From assembly GCA_964291655.2 (NCBI GenBank), contig OZ219802.1:1824001-1888000 (forward strand): a DNA stretch of 64,000 nt, given 5' to 3'. Positions 39,920-49,480 of the stretch are shown piece after piece. A program made the position numbers and the translations under genes. A model generated the notes under the pieces. The model was not told where the DNA came from. It saw only the letters and a list, made by a program, of their open reading frames with translations, and searched no databases. Source of the DNA: Chloroflexota bacterium (GTDB lineage Bacteria > Chloroflexota > UBA11872 > VXOZ01). The number at the start of each line of letters is the position of its first letter. The first letter of the stretch is position 1.

Positions 39920-41476
39920 ATGAAGACGAACGTTCAAGCAAAGCAGCGTGAGTGCCGCGAGAGCGGCACATTCGGCCTATCCGAGCCATCTCGCGGAGAA
40001 GAACCGGACTCGCTTGCCCGTACCTTCTTCCGCTACACCCTCAGCGACATTGCCTATTTTTCCCGTGTGCTCGTGGGGCGGCCTTTGCGGTCCTACCAGT
40101 TGGCGGTGGCACGGGCGGTGCTTGCGAGTGTGCGGCAACGTGAAGGGGCAATCTTCACCGTAGAGATGGCGCGGCAGATGGGGAAGAACGAGCTATCCGC
40201 TCATCTGGAAGCCTACCTGTTGTATCGCCATCAACAGCGCGGCGGCACTATCGTCAAATGCGCGCCCACGCTCAGCCCCCAGACCCTTGTCTCCCGCCTG
40301 CGCCTTGAATCCGTGCTGGACCGTCCCTGGCTGGCGCCCTATTGGCAGCGCGCCCACGGCTACATGGTCGCGGTCGGCAAGGCGCGGGTGATGTTCCTCT
40401 CAGCCCACGAGCAGTCCAATGTCGTCGGCGCGACTGCCGATCTGCTGCTGGAAGTCGACGAAGCTCAGGACGTGGACGAGGAGAAATTCGCCAAAGAATT
40501 CCTGCCCATGGCGACGGCGCAGAATGCCACCATCGTGCTCTACGGCACGCCCTGGACGCAAGACACGCTCCTCGCCAAGTACAAGGCGCTGAACCTCGCG
40601 CATGAAGAAAACACCGGCGAGCGGCGGCACTTCTCGTTTCCGTGGCAGGTGGGCGCGCGGGAAAATCCGCGCTACGGCGCGGCGGTTAAGGCGCAGATTC
40701 GCCAGCGCGGGGAGGACGACCTGGTCATCCGCACCCAGTACTGCCTGGAGGAAGTGGACGACGCCACGGGCTTTTTCACCCCGCCGCTGCAGGCGGCCCT
40801 GCAAGGCACGCACGCGCGACAGCAGCAACCGCAGGCGGATGCGCATTACGTGGCAGCCGTGGACGTGGCCGGCGAGGATGCTGTTGGGGCAAATCAACAA
40901 GGCCGTCAGTCGCGGCGCGACAGCACGGTGGTCTTGATCGGCGAGCGAATCTGGCGGCACGACCCGGTGTTGGGGTTCGCCCTGCCCGCGGTCAACGTGG
41001 TGAATGCCTACCAGTGGACCGGCCTGCCCACCACCGAGCAGTACGCCCGCCTCGTGCGCTTGCTCGGTGAAGAGTGGCGGGTGCAACGGGCAATGACTGA
41101 CGCCACCGGCATCGGAGATGCACTGGCGCGTTTCTTGCAAGCGCGGCTGGGTGAGGACCGCATCGAGCCGTTTACGTTTACGGCGCAATCTAAGAGCGCC
41201 TTGGGCTACGACCTGCGCACCCTCGCCGGCAGCGGACGCCTGCAACTCTGGGCGGATGACGGCTCGGCGGAATACCGGGAGTGCTGGCATCAGGTGCGAC
41301 GCTGCCAATTGGCGCTGCATCCCGGCAACCGGATTGGATTCCATGTACCCGCCGGTCAGGGGCACGACGACTACGTGTCGGCCTTGGCACTGCTCACGCG
41401 CACGGTTGAGGCCGGCGCGCCACCTGCCGTATCGGTCGCGCTGCCGCCGGAAGAGAGGGAGACGGAGGGGTATTGA
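39920..41476 (+). CDS. Phage terminase large subunit
   Basis: ARQMGKNE Walker A, LLEVDEAQD Walker B, YGTP motif, RNase H-like AVDVAG / DATGIG / HDDYV. Confidence 0.88.
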   Translation: MKTNVQAKQRECRESGTFGLSEPSRGEEPDSLARTFFRYTLSDIAYFSRVLVGRPLRSYQLAVARAVLASVRQREGAIFTVEMARQMGKNELSAHLEAYLLYRHQQRGGTIVKCAPTLSPQTLVSRLRLESVLDRPWLAPYWQRAHGYMVAVGKARVMFLSAHEQSNVVGATADLLLEVDEAQDVDEEKFAKEFLPMATAQNATIVLYGTPWTQDTLLAKYKALNLAHEENTGERRHFSFPWQVGARENPRYGAAVKAQIRQRGEDDLVIRTQYCLEEVDDATGFFTPPLQAALQGTHARQQQPQADAHYVAAVDVAGEDAVGANQQGRQSRRDSTVVLIGERIWRHDPVLGFALPAVNVVNAYQWTGLPTTEQYARLVRLLGEEWRVQRAMTDATGIGDALARFLQARLGEDRIEPFTFTAQSKSALGYDLRTLAGSGRLQLWADDGSAEYRECWHQVRRCQLALHPGNRIGFHVPAGQGHDDYVSALALLTRTVEAGAPPAVSVALPPEERETEGY

Positions 41477-41509
41477 TGTGGGATTTGGGTCCTGTCCCAA
41501 TCAACCACG

Positions 41510-41935
41510 GCAGATTGGCGACCCCCGGGCGCAGGTTGCAAACCTGCGCTACCGGTCCGTCACTCCGGCGAAAGCCGGAGTCCAGTCAGAGGCGGGACGG
41601 AAGGATCGTAGCGCGGAGGCATGCCTCCCGCTTGGAGACCGGGGACGCAGGTTGCAAACCTGCGCTACCGGTCCGTCACTCCGGCGAAAGCCGGAGTCCA
41701 GGGGGGAGGCGGGACGGAAGGATCGTAGCGCGGGGGCATGCCTCCCGCTTGGCGACCGGGGACGCAGGTTGCAAACCTGCGCTACCGGTCCGTCACTCCG
41801 GCGAAAGCCGGAGTCCAGGGGGAGGCGGGGTGGAAGGATCGTAGCGCGGGGGCATGCCTCCCGCTTGGCGACCCCGGACGCAGGTTGCAGACCAGCGCTA
41901 CCGGTTCGTCACTCCGGCGAAAGCCGGAGTCCAGA
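41510..41935. repeat. Tandem BIME-like array, ~116-bp period, ~3.5 units
   Basis: GCAGGTTGCA anchors at 41531, 41647, 41764, 41880; each unit combines three palindrome types. Confidence 0.88.
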
Positions 41936-42213
41936 GGGACGGCCGACGTGAAGCGATAACGCTTGTTCCTTGAATGAGAGGCACTGTTGAAGCAGAGAAG
42001 ATGGATTCCGGCTTGCGCCGGAATGACGGAACTGGCGGCTCCTCGGGGAGTAGCGCGGGGGCTTGTCCCCCGCAGTGGGTCGGGGGTGTGTAGAACGAAG
42101 AAAAGATGGATTCCGGCTTTCGCCGGAATGACGGGCAAGAGCGACTTTCGTAAGTAGACAGAATTCGTACGTGAATCGAATTTGTACATGAATCGAAATA
42201 GAAAGCGAGCACG

Positions 42214-43452
42214 ATGGCAGTACCAGCAACACAGTGGTGGCAGCGCGTGGGCGAACGCCTCTTTGGCGACGTGATCCAGGCACGAGTGCAGGAAGCGGTG
42301 GCGGCGGAAGACATCGGCTACCGGCAGGCAGCCGGCGGCGCCGAGTCTCGAGACGATCCGCTCTGGGATCACCAAAGGCTGCTGCGTGAAGTTTACGAAG
42401 CCTATATCACGAACCCCTTGGCGTATACCGTCATCGACGTGCAGGCAAACTTCGTGCTGGGCGGCGGCGTGCGCATCGCCTGCACGAGCGCGGCGGTGCA
42501 GGAGGTCGTGGACGCTTTTTGGCAGCACCCCGACAACAGTATGGACACGCGCATCTACAGTCTCTACACCGAGCTGGCGCTTTACGGCGAGCAGTTCGTG
42601 CGGGTGTTCACGGACCCGCTCTCAGGCGAGATGCGCCTGCGCCAGCTTGACCCGCTCCTCATCGATCAGATCGAGACCGCGCCGGAAGACATCGAGCAGG
42701 TGGTGCGCTACCGCGTGCGGGGCGTGGGCCAGGACCCAGGCTACTGGGTGGCGGCGGGTGAGATGGAGCACTTCACCATCAACCGCGTGTCGAATGCCCT
42801 ACGGGGACGCAGCGACCTGGCGCCGCTCTTGCCGTGGCTCAAGCGCTACCGCGACTGGCTCGTCGACCGCGCCCGCATCAACCGCCTGAAAGGCAGCTTC
42901 ATCTACGACGTAACCGTGCGGGGCGCGACGCGAAACGACCTGCTCGCTAAGATGGCCGCCTACGCCCAGCCGCCCGCGCCCGGTTCGGTGGTCTTTCACA
43001 ACGAAGCGGAGACGTGGCAGCCGGTGCAGCCATCCATTGGCGCGGACGACGTGGCCGCGGACGGGCGCGCGCTGAAGCTCATGATCGCGGCCGGCGCGGG
43101 CTTGCCTGAGCACTATCTCGCTGAAGGCGGGCACGTGAACCGGGCAACCGCGGCGGAGATGGGTCTGCCGACCCTGCGGCGCTTCCAACGCCGCCAGGAG
43201 CTGTTCGGCCGCTACCTGCGTCGTCTTGTTACGCGAGCAATTCAGTCGAAGCAGGACGCCGGCGCATTGGGGACAGACGTCGATACGGCATTCCGTGTGG
43301 TTTTCCAGGAAGTCCAGCCGGACGTTGCCCACGTGGCGGGGCCGCACGCGGAATCTTTTGCGCGCTCGCTCCAGCTTGCCCAAGCCGAGGGCTGGCTGGA
43401 AACGGATGACGCCGCGCGTCTCTTCCGCCGTTTTCTCGCTGCGGGGGAGTAA
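42214..43452 (+). CDS. Phage portal protein
   Basis: Downstream of TerL; NPLAYTVID, ELALYGEQFV, RGRSDLAPLLPWL, AGLPEHYL..NRATA portal-like motifs. Confidence 0.8.
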   Translation: MAVPATQWWQRVGERLFGDVIQARVQEAVAAEDIGYRQAAGGAESRDDPLWDHQRLLREVYEAYITNPLAYTVIDVQANFVLGGGVRIACTSAAVQEVVDAFWQHPDNSMDTRIYSLYTELALYGEQFVRVFTDPLSGEMRLRQLDPLLIDQIETAPEDIEQVVRYRVRGVGQDPGYWVAAGEMEHFTINRVSNALRGRSDLAPLLPWLKRYRDWLVDRARINRLKGSFIYDVTVRGATRNDLLAKMAAYAQPPAPGSVVFHNEAETWQPVQPSIGADDVAADGRALKLMIAAGAGLPEHYLAEGGHVNRATAAEMGLPTLRRFQRRQELFGRYLRRLVTRAIQSKQDAGALGTDVDTAFRVVFQEVQPDVAHVAGPHAESFARSLQLAQAEGWLETDDAARLFRRFLAAGE

Positions 43453-43846
43453 AAGGATGCGGGAGCGGCCTACCGAACTTAAGTTTGGCAGCTTACTGCT
43501 CGATTTAAGGGAATCTTATCCGTCACTCCCGCGAAAGCGGGAGTCCATCGGGTCTGCACGGATGGATTGCCGCTCCGTTTCGAATGCGTGGCAACGTTCC
43601 CGGGCAATTGATGTGCCAGGCAGCCGCGGACGCAGGTTGCAAACCTGCGCTACCGGTCCGTCACTCCGGCGAATGCCGGAGTCCAGGGAGGCTGGGTGGA
43701 TGGATTCCTACATTTGCGAAAATGGCGAATCGCAAGAAGATCCCATAGCGTCACAGTCGTGCAAAGTGGACAGGACCGTACCGCAGAGAATCCCCCTCAC
43801 CCCGGCCCTTTCCCTCGAGGGAGAAGGTGGTTCCGAGCGGATTCAG

Positions 43847-44428
43847 TCACTCCGGTTCGTAGTCCAGCATCTCGCTAAGCTGCTCTTTGGTCATGCCCGC
43901 GGCGCGGAGCAGGACCAGGACGACTTCAGGCTTGAGGGCTTCGGACTGGGAGAGCGGCGCGCCGGTTGCTTCGCCGACACGCGGGTGGATTATTGCCACA
44001 TCGGCAACGCCCACCACCGGGACGTTCTCGCCCTCGACAAGATCGGCGGCGATCCAGGCCGGGAGCAGCCTGCCAAGCTGTGCCAGCGCTTTCTCCACCG
44101 TCTTGCCGTGGGCCACACGGTCGTGAAGGGGAATTGCTACGACACTGACCCGCTGCTCGCCCTGCCAGGAAACGGCCGGCAGGCGGTACGTGGCATCGCC
44201 GATGCCAACGGTCACGGTGTGCAATTCAAGGGTATCGGCGGGCGGGTCTTCCTGCGAGAGGAACATCTCCGCAGCCAACGTGAGATCGGCCACGACGGCA
44301 TCAACCGTATCGCCTTGCACCACGCAGCCCGGGAGCGTGGGCAGTTCCGCCCAATAGCCGCCCGCCTGGGAAGGCGCGACAACGACGGTGAGCGACGCAG
44401 TAGGTGAAGGAGGTCTGTGAAGGTTCAT
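43847..44428 (-). CDS. HicB-like protein with degenerate HicA-like C-terminus
   Basis: GGYWAELPTLPGCVVQGDT HicB motif; TGGTACAAT -10 box 7 nt before ATG 44428 suggests a leaderless start. Confidence 0.65.
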   Translation of the reverse strand: MNLHRPPSPTASLTVVVAPSQAGGYWAELPTLPGCVVQGDTVDAVVADLTLAAEMFLSQEDPPADTLELHTVTVGIGDATYRLPAVSWQGEQRVSVVAIPLHDRVAHGKTVEKALAQLGRLLPAWIAADLVEGENVPVVGVADVAIIHPRVGEATGAPLSQSEALKPEVVLVLLRAAGMTKEQLSEMLDYEPE

Positions 44429-44569
44429 GCTGACCATTGTACCAATTGGCAGGATCACGGCCACGGACGAGAGCAGAGTTGTGATCTCTTCCCTCATTGA
44501 CAATCGCGTGCAAACGGGAATCCGTCTTCGTCGCCCGCCACGGCCAGGAAGAGGAACAACGCCAAGTTC

Positions 44570-45420
44570 GGAGCGGGGGACAGGCCCCCGCACTAGGGGG
44601 AATGGGTTTCCGCCAGGTCGGCGGATGCAGGTTGCAATCCTGCGCTACCGATCGTGTCGGTGCGTCATTCCCGCGAAAGGCTTGCCCGATACGAGATACG
44701 GGAGTGGAAATTTCTTCCGTTGTTCCCGCGAAAGCACGCCACCGAGCGGGGTCGTGGAAGTCATCCTCGTTGCTTCCCAGCTACTCTCCCGGAGTGGGGG
44801 ACAATCCCCCACGCTACGGGGAATGGTGCACCGCCAGGTCGGCGGACGCAGGTTACAAACCTGCGCTACCGATCGTGCCGGTCCGTCGTTCCCGCGAAAG
44901 GCTTGCCCGATACGAGATACGGGTGGGGGATTTGCTTCCGTTATTCCCGCGAAAGCACGCCGCCGAGCGGGGTCGTGGAATTCATCTTCGTTGCTTCCCG
45001 GCTACTCTCCCGGAGCAGGGGACAATCCCCCACGCTACGGGGAATGGGGCACCGCCAGGTCGGCGGACGCAGGTTACAAACCTGCGCTACCGATCGTGCC
45101 GGTCCGTCATTCCCGCGAATGCACGCCACCGAGCGGGGTCGTGGAATTCATCTTCGTTGCTTCCCGGCTACTCTCCCGGAGCGGGGGACAAGCCCCCATG
45201 CTACGGGGAATGGGGCACCGCCAGGTCGGCGGACGCAGGTTACAAACCTGCGCTACCGATCATGCCGGTCCGTCATTCTCGCGAAAGGCTTGCCCGATAC
45301 GAGATACGGGAGTGGAAATTTCTTCCGTTATTCCCGCGAAAGCTCGCCCCCTGCGGGGGCGCGGAATCCATCTTGCCGTGTGCAGCGGCTCGGAGCGGGG
45401 GACAAGCCCCCGCGCTACGA
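44570..45420. repeat. Tandem mosaic array of REP-like palindromes
   Basis: Repeated CGCCAGGTCGGCGGACGCAGGTTACAAACCTGCGCTACCGATC..TTCCCGCGAA..GGGGACAA.CCCC units. Confidence 0.85.
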
Positions 45421-45493
45421 GGATTTGCAGCCGCCACTTAGAGGGACTGGCATCCGGCACAGGCCGGCAGGCAAAAGGCCCCCCTCTCCCTGG

Positions 45494-47137
45494 GAGGGTG
45501 TCTCAAAAATAGATCTACTGGATATATACTGGTGTGAAGAGAAGCAAGGTGAGGTGGTGGGATAGTTTGTAGAGAGGTAGTGACGATGCCGTTGAGACCG
45601 TTTAGTCGTGAACAGGCCTGGCTGTTGCCGCCGACGCTGGACGAACTGATCCCGGACGACCATCCTGTCAGGTTTGCGGCAGCGTTCGTGGACAGCCTCG
45701 ATGCTGCGGCCTGGGAGGCGATGGAGATTGACCTGCAAGGCGATCCGCGTGGCGCCGGGGCCTACCATCCGCGCGCGCTGCTGGGCGTATGGGTCTACGG
45801 CTTCATGACCGGCGTGCGCTCGAGCCGCAAGCTGGAGGCAGCCTGCCGGGATCAGGTACCGTACCTGTGGCTGGTGGGGATGCAGCAGCCGGACCACAAC
45901 ACGCTGTGGCGCTTCTACAAGGCGCACCGCGACCGGATGCGGACGCTGCTCAAGCGCACGGTGCGCACGGCGGTGCGAGCCGGCCTGGTGGAGTTGGCAA
46001 TCCAGGCGGTGGACGGCACCAGGATCGCGGCCAACGCCGGGACGCGGCATACCCACGACGCGCAGGGGCTGCAGCGGCTGTTGTCCCGCACCGAGCAAGC
46101 GATCGCGGACCTGGAGGCGCAGAACGCCACGGGGGGCGACGCGCCGCCAGCGACTTTGCCGCAGGAACTTGCCGATGCCCAGGCCCTGCGGCGGCGGGTG
46201 GACGACGCGCTCGCCCGCGTCGCGGCTGAGGACGGGCCGCGCTACACGAACCTGACTGATGCGGACGCGGCCCTGCTCAAGACTGGCATGGGTGGCTTCA
46301 TCACCGGCTACAACGCCCAGGCGCTGGTCTCCCCTCTTGCGTCCCCGGACGAGGGCGCAGGGGGGAGGTTGATCACAGCCGTGGACGTGAGCGCCAGTGC
46401 CGACGACCATCCCCACCTGGCGCCGCTGATCGAGGCGGCGCAGGAGAACATCGACGCCGCGCGGGACGTGGTGACCGTTGCGGACGCCGGCTACCATTCG
46501 GGGGCCAACCTCGCCACGTGCCACGCCGGCGGCCACACGGTATTGATGCCCACGACCCACGAGCGCAGACGCCGCAACCCCTACCATAAAGACCACTTCA
46601 CCTACCGTCCAGAGACCGACACCTACCTGTGTCCCCAGCAAAAGGTGCTCACCTACACGCACCGCTTGACCCACAGCAACGGCTACCGGGTCAAGCGGTA
46701 CCAAGCCAACGGCCGGGACTGCAGAACCTGTCCGGCCTTCGGCGTCTGCACCTCCTCCCAGAGGGGCCGCTCCATAAAGATCAGCGCCTACGAGCCAATA
46801 CTGCAACGGCACAGGCAGTTGATGGCCACCGCGCCTGCCAAGCAGGTGTACCGCCGCCGGAGTACCATCGTCGAGCCGGTCTTTGGCCTGCTCAAGGAGT
46901 GGCACAGTGCCAGGCGCTTCCTGCTCAGAGGCCGCAGCCACGTGACGTCCGAATGGCACCTGCTGGCCACCGCGTTCAATCTCAAGAGCCTCCACGCCCT
47001 GTGGCGGTCTGGGTGTAGTCCAGCGTCGCCCCGGGGACGAGTCTCTCACTGGCACCGTCTTGTTCATACCACCCGCCATCTGTCTGTCCTTCTCACCCCA
47101 TTCACCGTGCCCCGCACCAAAATATTGAGACAGCCTC
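45494..47137 (+). mobile_element. IS1182-family insertion sequence, copy C
   Basis: Same IRs, 1644 bp, in hairpin loop. Confidence 0.92.
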
Positions 47138-47187
47138 CGGGGGAGAGGGTCGGGGTGAGGGGAAGCGACCCAGACAAAGCCGAATGA
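45580..47187 (+). CDS. IS1182-family transposase
   Basis: Identical to copies A and B apart from the C-terminal tail. Confidence 0.93.
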   Translation: MTMPLRPFSREQAWLLPPTLDELIPDDHPVRFAAAFVDSLDAAAWEAMEIDLQGDPRGAGAYHPRALLGVWVYGFMTGVRSSRKLEAACRDQVPYLWLVGMQQPDHNTLWRFYKAHRDRMRTLLKRTVRTAVRAGLVELAIQAVDGTRIAANAGTRHTHDAQGLQRLLSRTEQAIADLEAQNATGGDAPPATLPQELADAQALRRRVDDALARVAAEDGPRYTNLTDADAALLKTGMGGFITGYNAQALVSPLASPDEGAGGRLITAVDVSASADDHPHLAPLIEAAQENIDAARDVVTVADAGYHSGANLATCHAGGHTVLMPTTHERRRRNPYHKDHFTYRPETDTYLCPQQKVLTYTHRLTHSNGYRVKRYQANGRDCRTCPAFGVCTSSQRGRSIKISAYEPILQRHRQLMATAPAKQVYRRRSTIVEPVFGLLKEWHSARRFLLRGRSHVTSEWHLLATAFNLKSLHALWRSGCSPASPRGRVSHWHRLVHTTRHLSVLLTPFTVPRTKILRQPPGERVGVRGSDPDKAE

Positions 47188-47239
47188 CACCAGGTACGCA
47201 GGTCTAAGAAATAGCTCTCATTGAAAGGAGCAAGATGCA

Positions 47240-49234
47240 TTGAATCAAGAGAACCTCACGCTGCTCGTGCCGTTGCAGGAAGCGCAGCTCGATGCGCCGC
47301 GGCGGGACATAGCCGTGACCGTCCTAAAGGAGGGGCTATCGCGAAACGGCCGCTATTTCACGCCTCAAGCGCTGCAGGATGTGGCAGCGCAACTCGACGG
47401 CCTAAAGGCCTTCGCCGACCACCCCGCGCCTACATCCGATAGCATCGGCAAGCCACGGAGCATACGCGACGTGGTGGGATTCTATCGCGAGCCCCGGCTG
47501 GAGGGCGACCGCGTACGGGCCACCCTCCACATATTCGCCAGTGCCGATTGGCTCTGGAGTCTGGTGCAAGAAGCCGTGGAACTGGGTCGCCCCGACGTTT
47601 TGGGACTCTCAATCGACTCGCTGGCGGCGGTGCGCACCCAGCAGCAGAACGGCAAGCGCAGGCAGGTCGTGGAGAATATCCCGGCGCTGCGCTCTTGTGA
47701 CGTGGTCACCCGGGCAGCGGCCGGCGGCGCGTTCGAGCGCATTTTGGCAGAGCAGGAGATTTTCGACACAAGCAAGGGAGAGAAAATGCAGGAAGACGAA
47801 CGGAACAGTTCAGCAACTGACACCCCCATCTCCGGGACAAGCCCGGCGCATTCACCCCATATAGAGGAGGTTTCTATGGGAGACACAACCGCAACAACCA
47901 TCGATTCGCGTCTCGCCGAGGCCGAGGCCAAGCTCGCGTGCATGACCGCGCTGCACGAGCGCCTTGATAGCGCGGCCCTGCCCGCCACGATCAAGGGCAA
48001 GCTACGCCGCCGCTTCGAGGGTCAAACCTTTACCACCGAGGTGCTGGAGCAAGCCATTCAGGACGAGGTCGACACCGTGCGCGCACTGACGGGTTCGGCA
48101 CACGTTGTGCACGGCGTGGGCACGGAGAAAGCGCGCCTCAGCGTGGGCGGCACCGGCGCGGGCCGGGGACTTGCCGCCGCCGAGGCGGGCTTGGCCCGGC
48201 TCCTGGGAGTAAGGGACATCAGTTCCGACGAGCCGGTACCCGCGTGGTCCAGCATCCGGGAGGCGTACGTGCAGATTACGGGCGACGCCGAGGTGCGGGG
48301 CGCCATGAACCCGGAGCTCTCGCTGGTGCGCGAGGCCAACGAGGTCACTACAAGCGTGCTCAACCACGCCCTCGCCAACGCCATTACGAAGCGTCTCGTC
48401 CAGGACTACGGTGCGCAGCCGCAGGACTGGCGGAAGTTCTGCGTGATCCGCAATATCCGCGATTACAAGCCCCAGTACCGGGTGCTCTTGCACGACTTTG
48501 GCGCGCTCGACTCCGTCGATGAGAATGCTGCCTACACGAACCTTGCCTGGGACGACACGCGGGAGACGTATACGCCCGCCAAGCGCGGCAATCTGGTGGT
48601 GGTCACCCGCGAGGCGATCCTGAACGACGACCTGGAAGCCGTCCGGCGCATCCCCACCAAGCTGGCGATTGCGGCCGCCACCACCATCAATGAGTTTGTG
48701 TACGGCCTCCTTACCGACAATCCGCAGCTTGCCGACAACACGACGGTTTTCGATAAAGAGAGCCAGACCTCCCACAAGAACCGCGGCACCGCCGCGCTGG
48801 CGGCCTCGGCGCTGCAAGCCGCCATCACGCAGATGATGAAGCAAACCAACAGCGCGGGCAAGCGGCTGGGCCTCAAGCCGCGGTACCTCCTGCTGCCGCC
48901 GGACCTCTACTGGACGGCAGTAACCATCCTCAACAGCACGCTGCTGCCCGGCACGCAGAACAATGACGCCAATCCGCTGCAGGGCATGCTGGAGCCCATC
49001 GTGGTGCCGCAGTTCAGCGATGCCAAGGACTACTATCTGATGGCCGATCCGGCCCAGATCGAGTGCCTGGAGGTGGGCTTCATCAACGGCCAGGAGACGC
49101 CGGAGTTGCTGGTGCAGGATAACCCGACGGCGGGATCGGTCTTCACCAACGACGCCATCAGCTACAAGGTGCGCTGGGAGTTCGGCGGCGGCTGGCTGGA
49201 CTACCGGGGCGCGTATTGGGCGGAGGTGGCGTAG
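47240..49234 (+). CDS. Fused prohead protease-scaffold-major capsid protein (Mu gpT-like C-terminus)
   Basis: N-term SRNGRYF/FADHP/LGLSID/DVVTRAAAGG protease-like; C-term VTREAILNDDL, LGLKPRYLLLPP, YKVRWEFGGGWLDYRG capsid-like; AAAGGAG RBS. Confidence 0.85.
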   Translation: MNQENLTLLVPLQEAQLDAPRRDIAVTVLKEGLSRNGRYFTPQALQDVAAQLDGLKAFADHPAPTSDSIGKPRSIRDVVGFYREPRLEGDRVRATLHIFASADWLWSLVQEAVELGRPDVLGLSIDSLAAVRTQQQNGKRRQVVENIPALRSCDVVTRAAAGGAFERILAEQEIFDTSKGEKMQEDERNSSATDTPISGTSPAHSPHIEEVSMGDTTATTIDSRLAEAEAKLACMTALHERLDSAALPATIKGKLRRRFEGQTFTTEVLEQAIQDEVDTVRALTGSAHVVHGVGTEKARLSVGGTGAGRGLAAAEAGLARLLGVRDISSDEPVPAWSSIREAYVQITGDAEVRGAMNPELSLVREANEVTTSVLNHALANAITKRLVQDYGAQPQDWRKFCVIRNIRDYKPQYRVLLHDFGALDSVDENAAYTNLAWDDTRETYTPAKRGNLVVVTREAILNDDLEAVRRIPTKLAIAAATTINEFVYGLLTDNPQLADNTTVFDKESQTSHKNRGTAALAASALQAAITQMMKQTNSAGKRLGLKPRYLLLPPDLYWTAVTILNSTLLPGTQNNDANPLQGMLEPIVVPQFSDAKDYYLMADPAQIECLEVGFINGQETPELLVQDNPTAGSVFTNDAISYKVRWEFGGGWLDYRGAYWAEVA

Positions 49235-49480
49235 GGTGTTTGCGCGCCAGGAGGCGATTTGAGGGCTGGATCGACGCCAGTTTCCCCTCACACCGGCCCT
49301 CTTCCCAGGGAAAGAGAGTCTTTTGCGCCCGTCGGCCTGGGTTGTGCGGAGGCCTCCCTAGGGAGAGGGAGGCCTCTTTCGGCTGGCGTTCCAGGACGAG
49401 TTGAGGTCTCCCCAGGGAGAGGGAGCAGAAAGCGAAACCGAGTGAATGTGAAGCCGCTCCGGTTCCCTCTCCTGGGGGAG

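Noticed and set aside
44427-45565. 300-360 aa ORFs across the repeat array
   Set aside because: Translations of stop-poor palindromic repeats (RRLQTCAT etc.), open in all three frames
32863-47190. Long antisense ORFs (637, 621, 591 aa) opposite the IS1182 transposases
   Set aside because: Shadow frames of a GC-rich gene; their ends vary with flanking DNA and they show no recognisable motifs
47240-49234. Encapsulin nanocompartment interpretation
   Set aside because: Intact terminase and portal genes indicate DNA packaging rather than enzyme cargo
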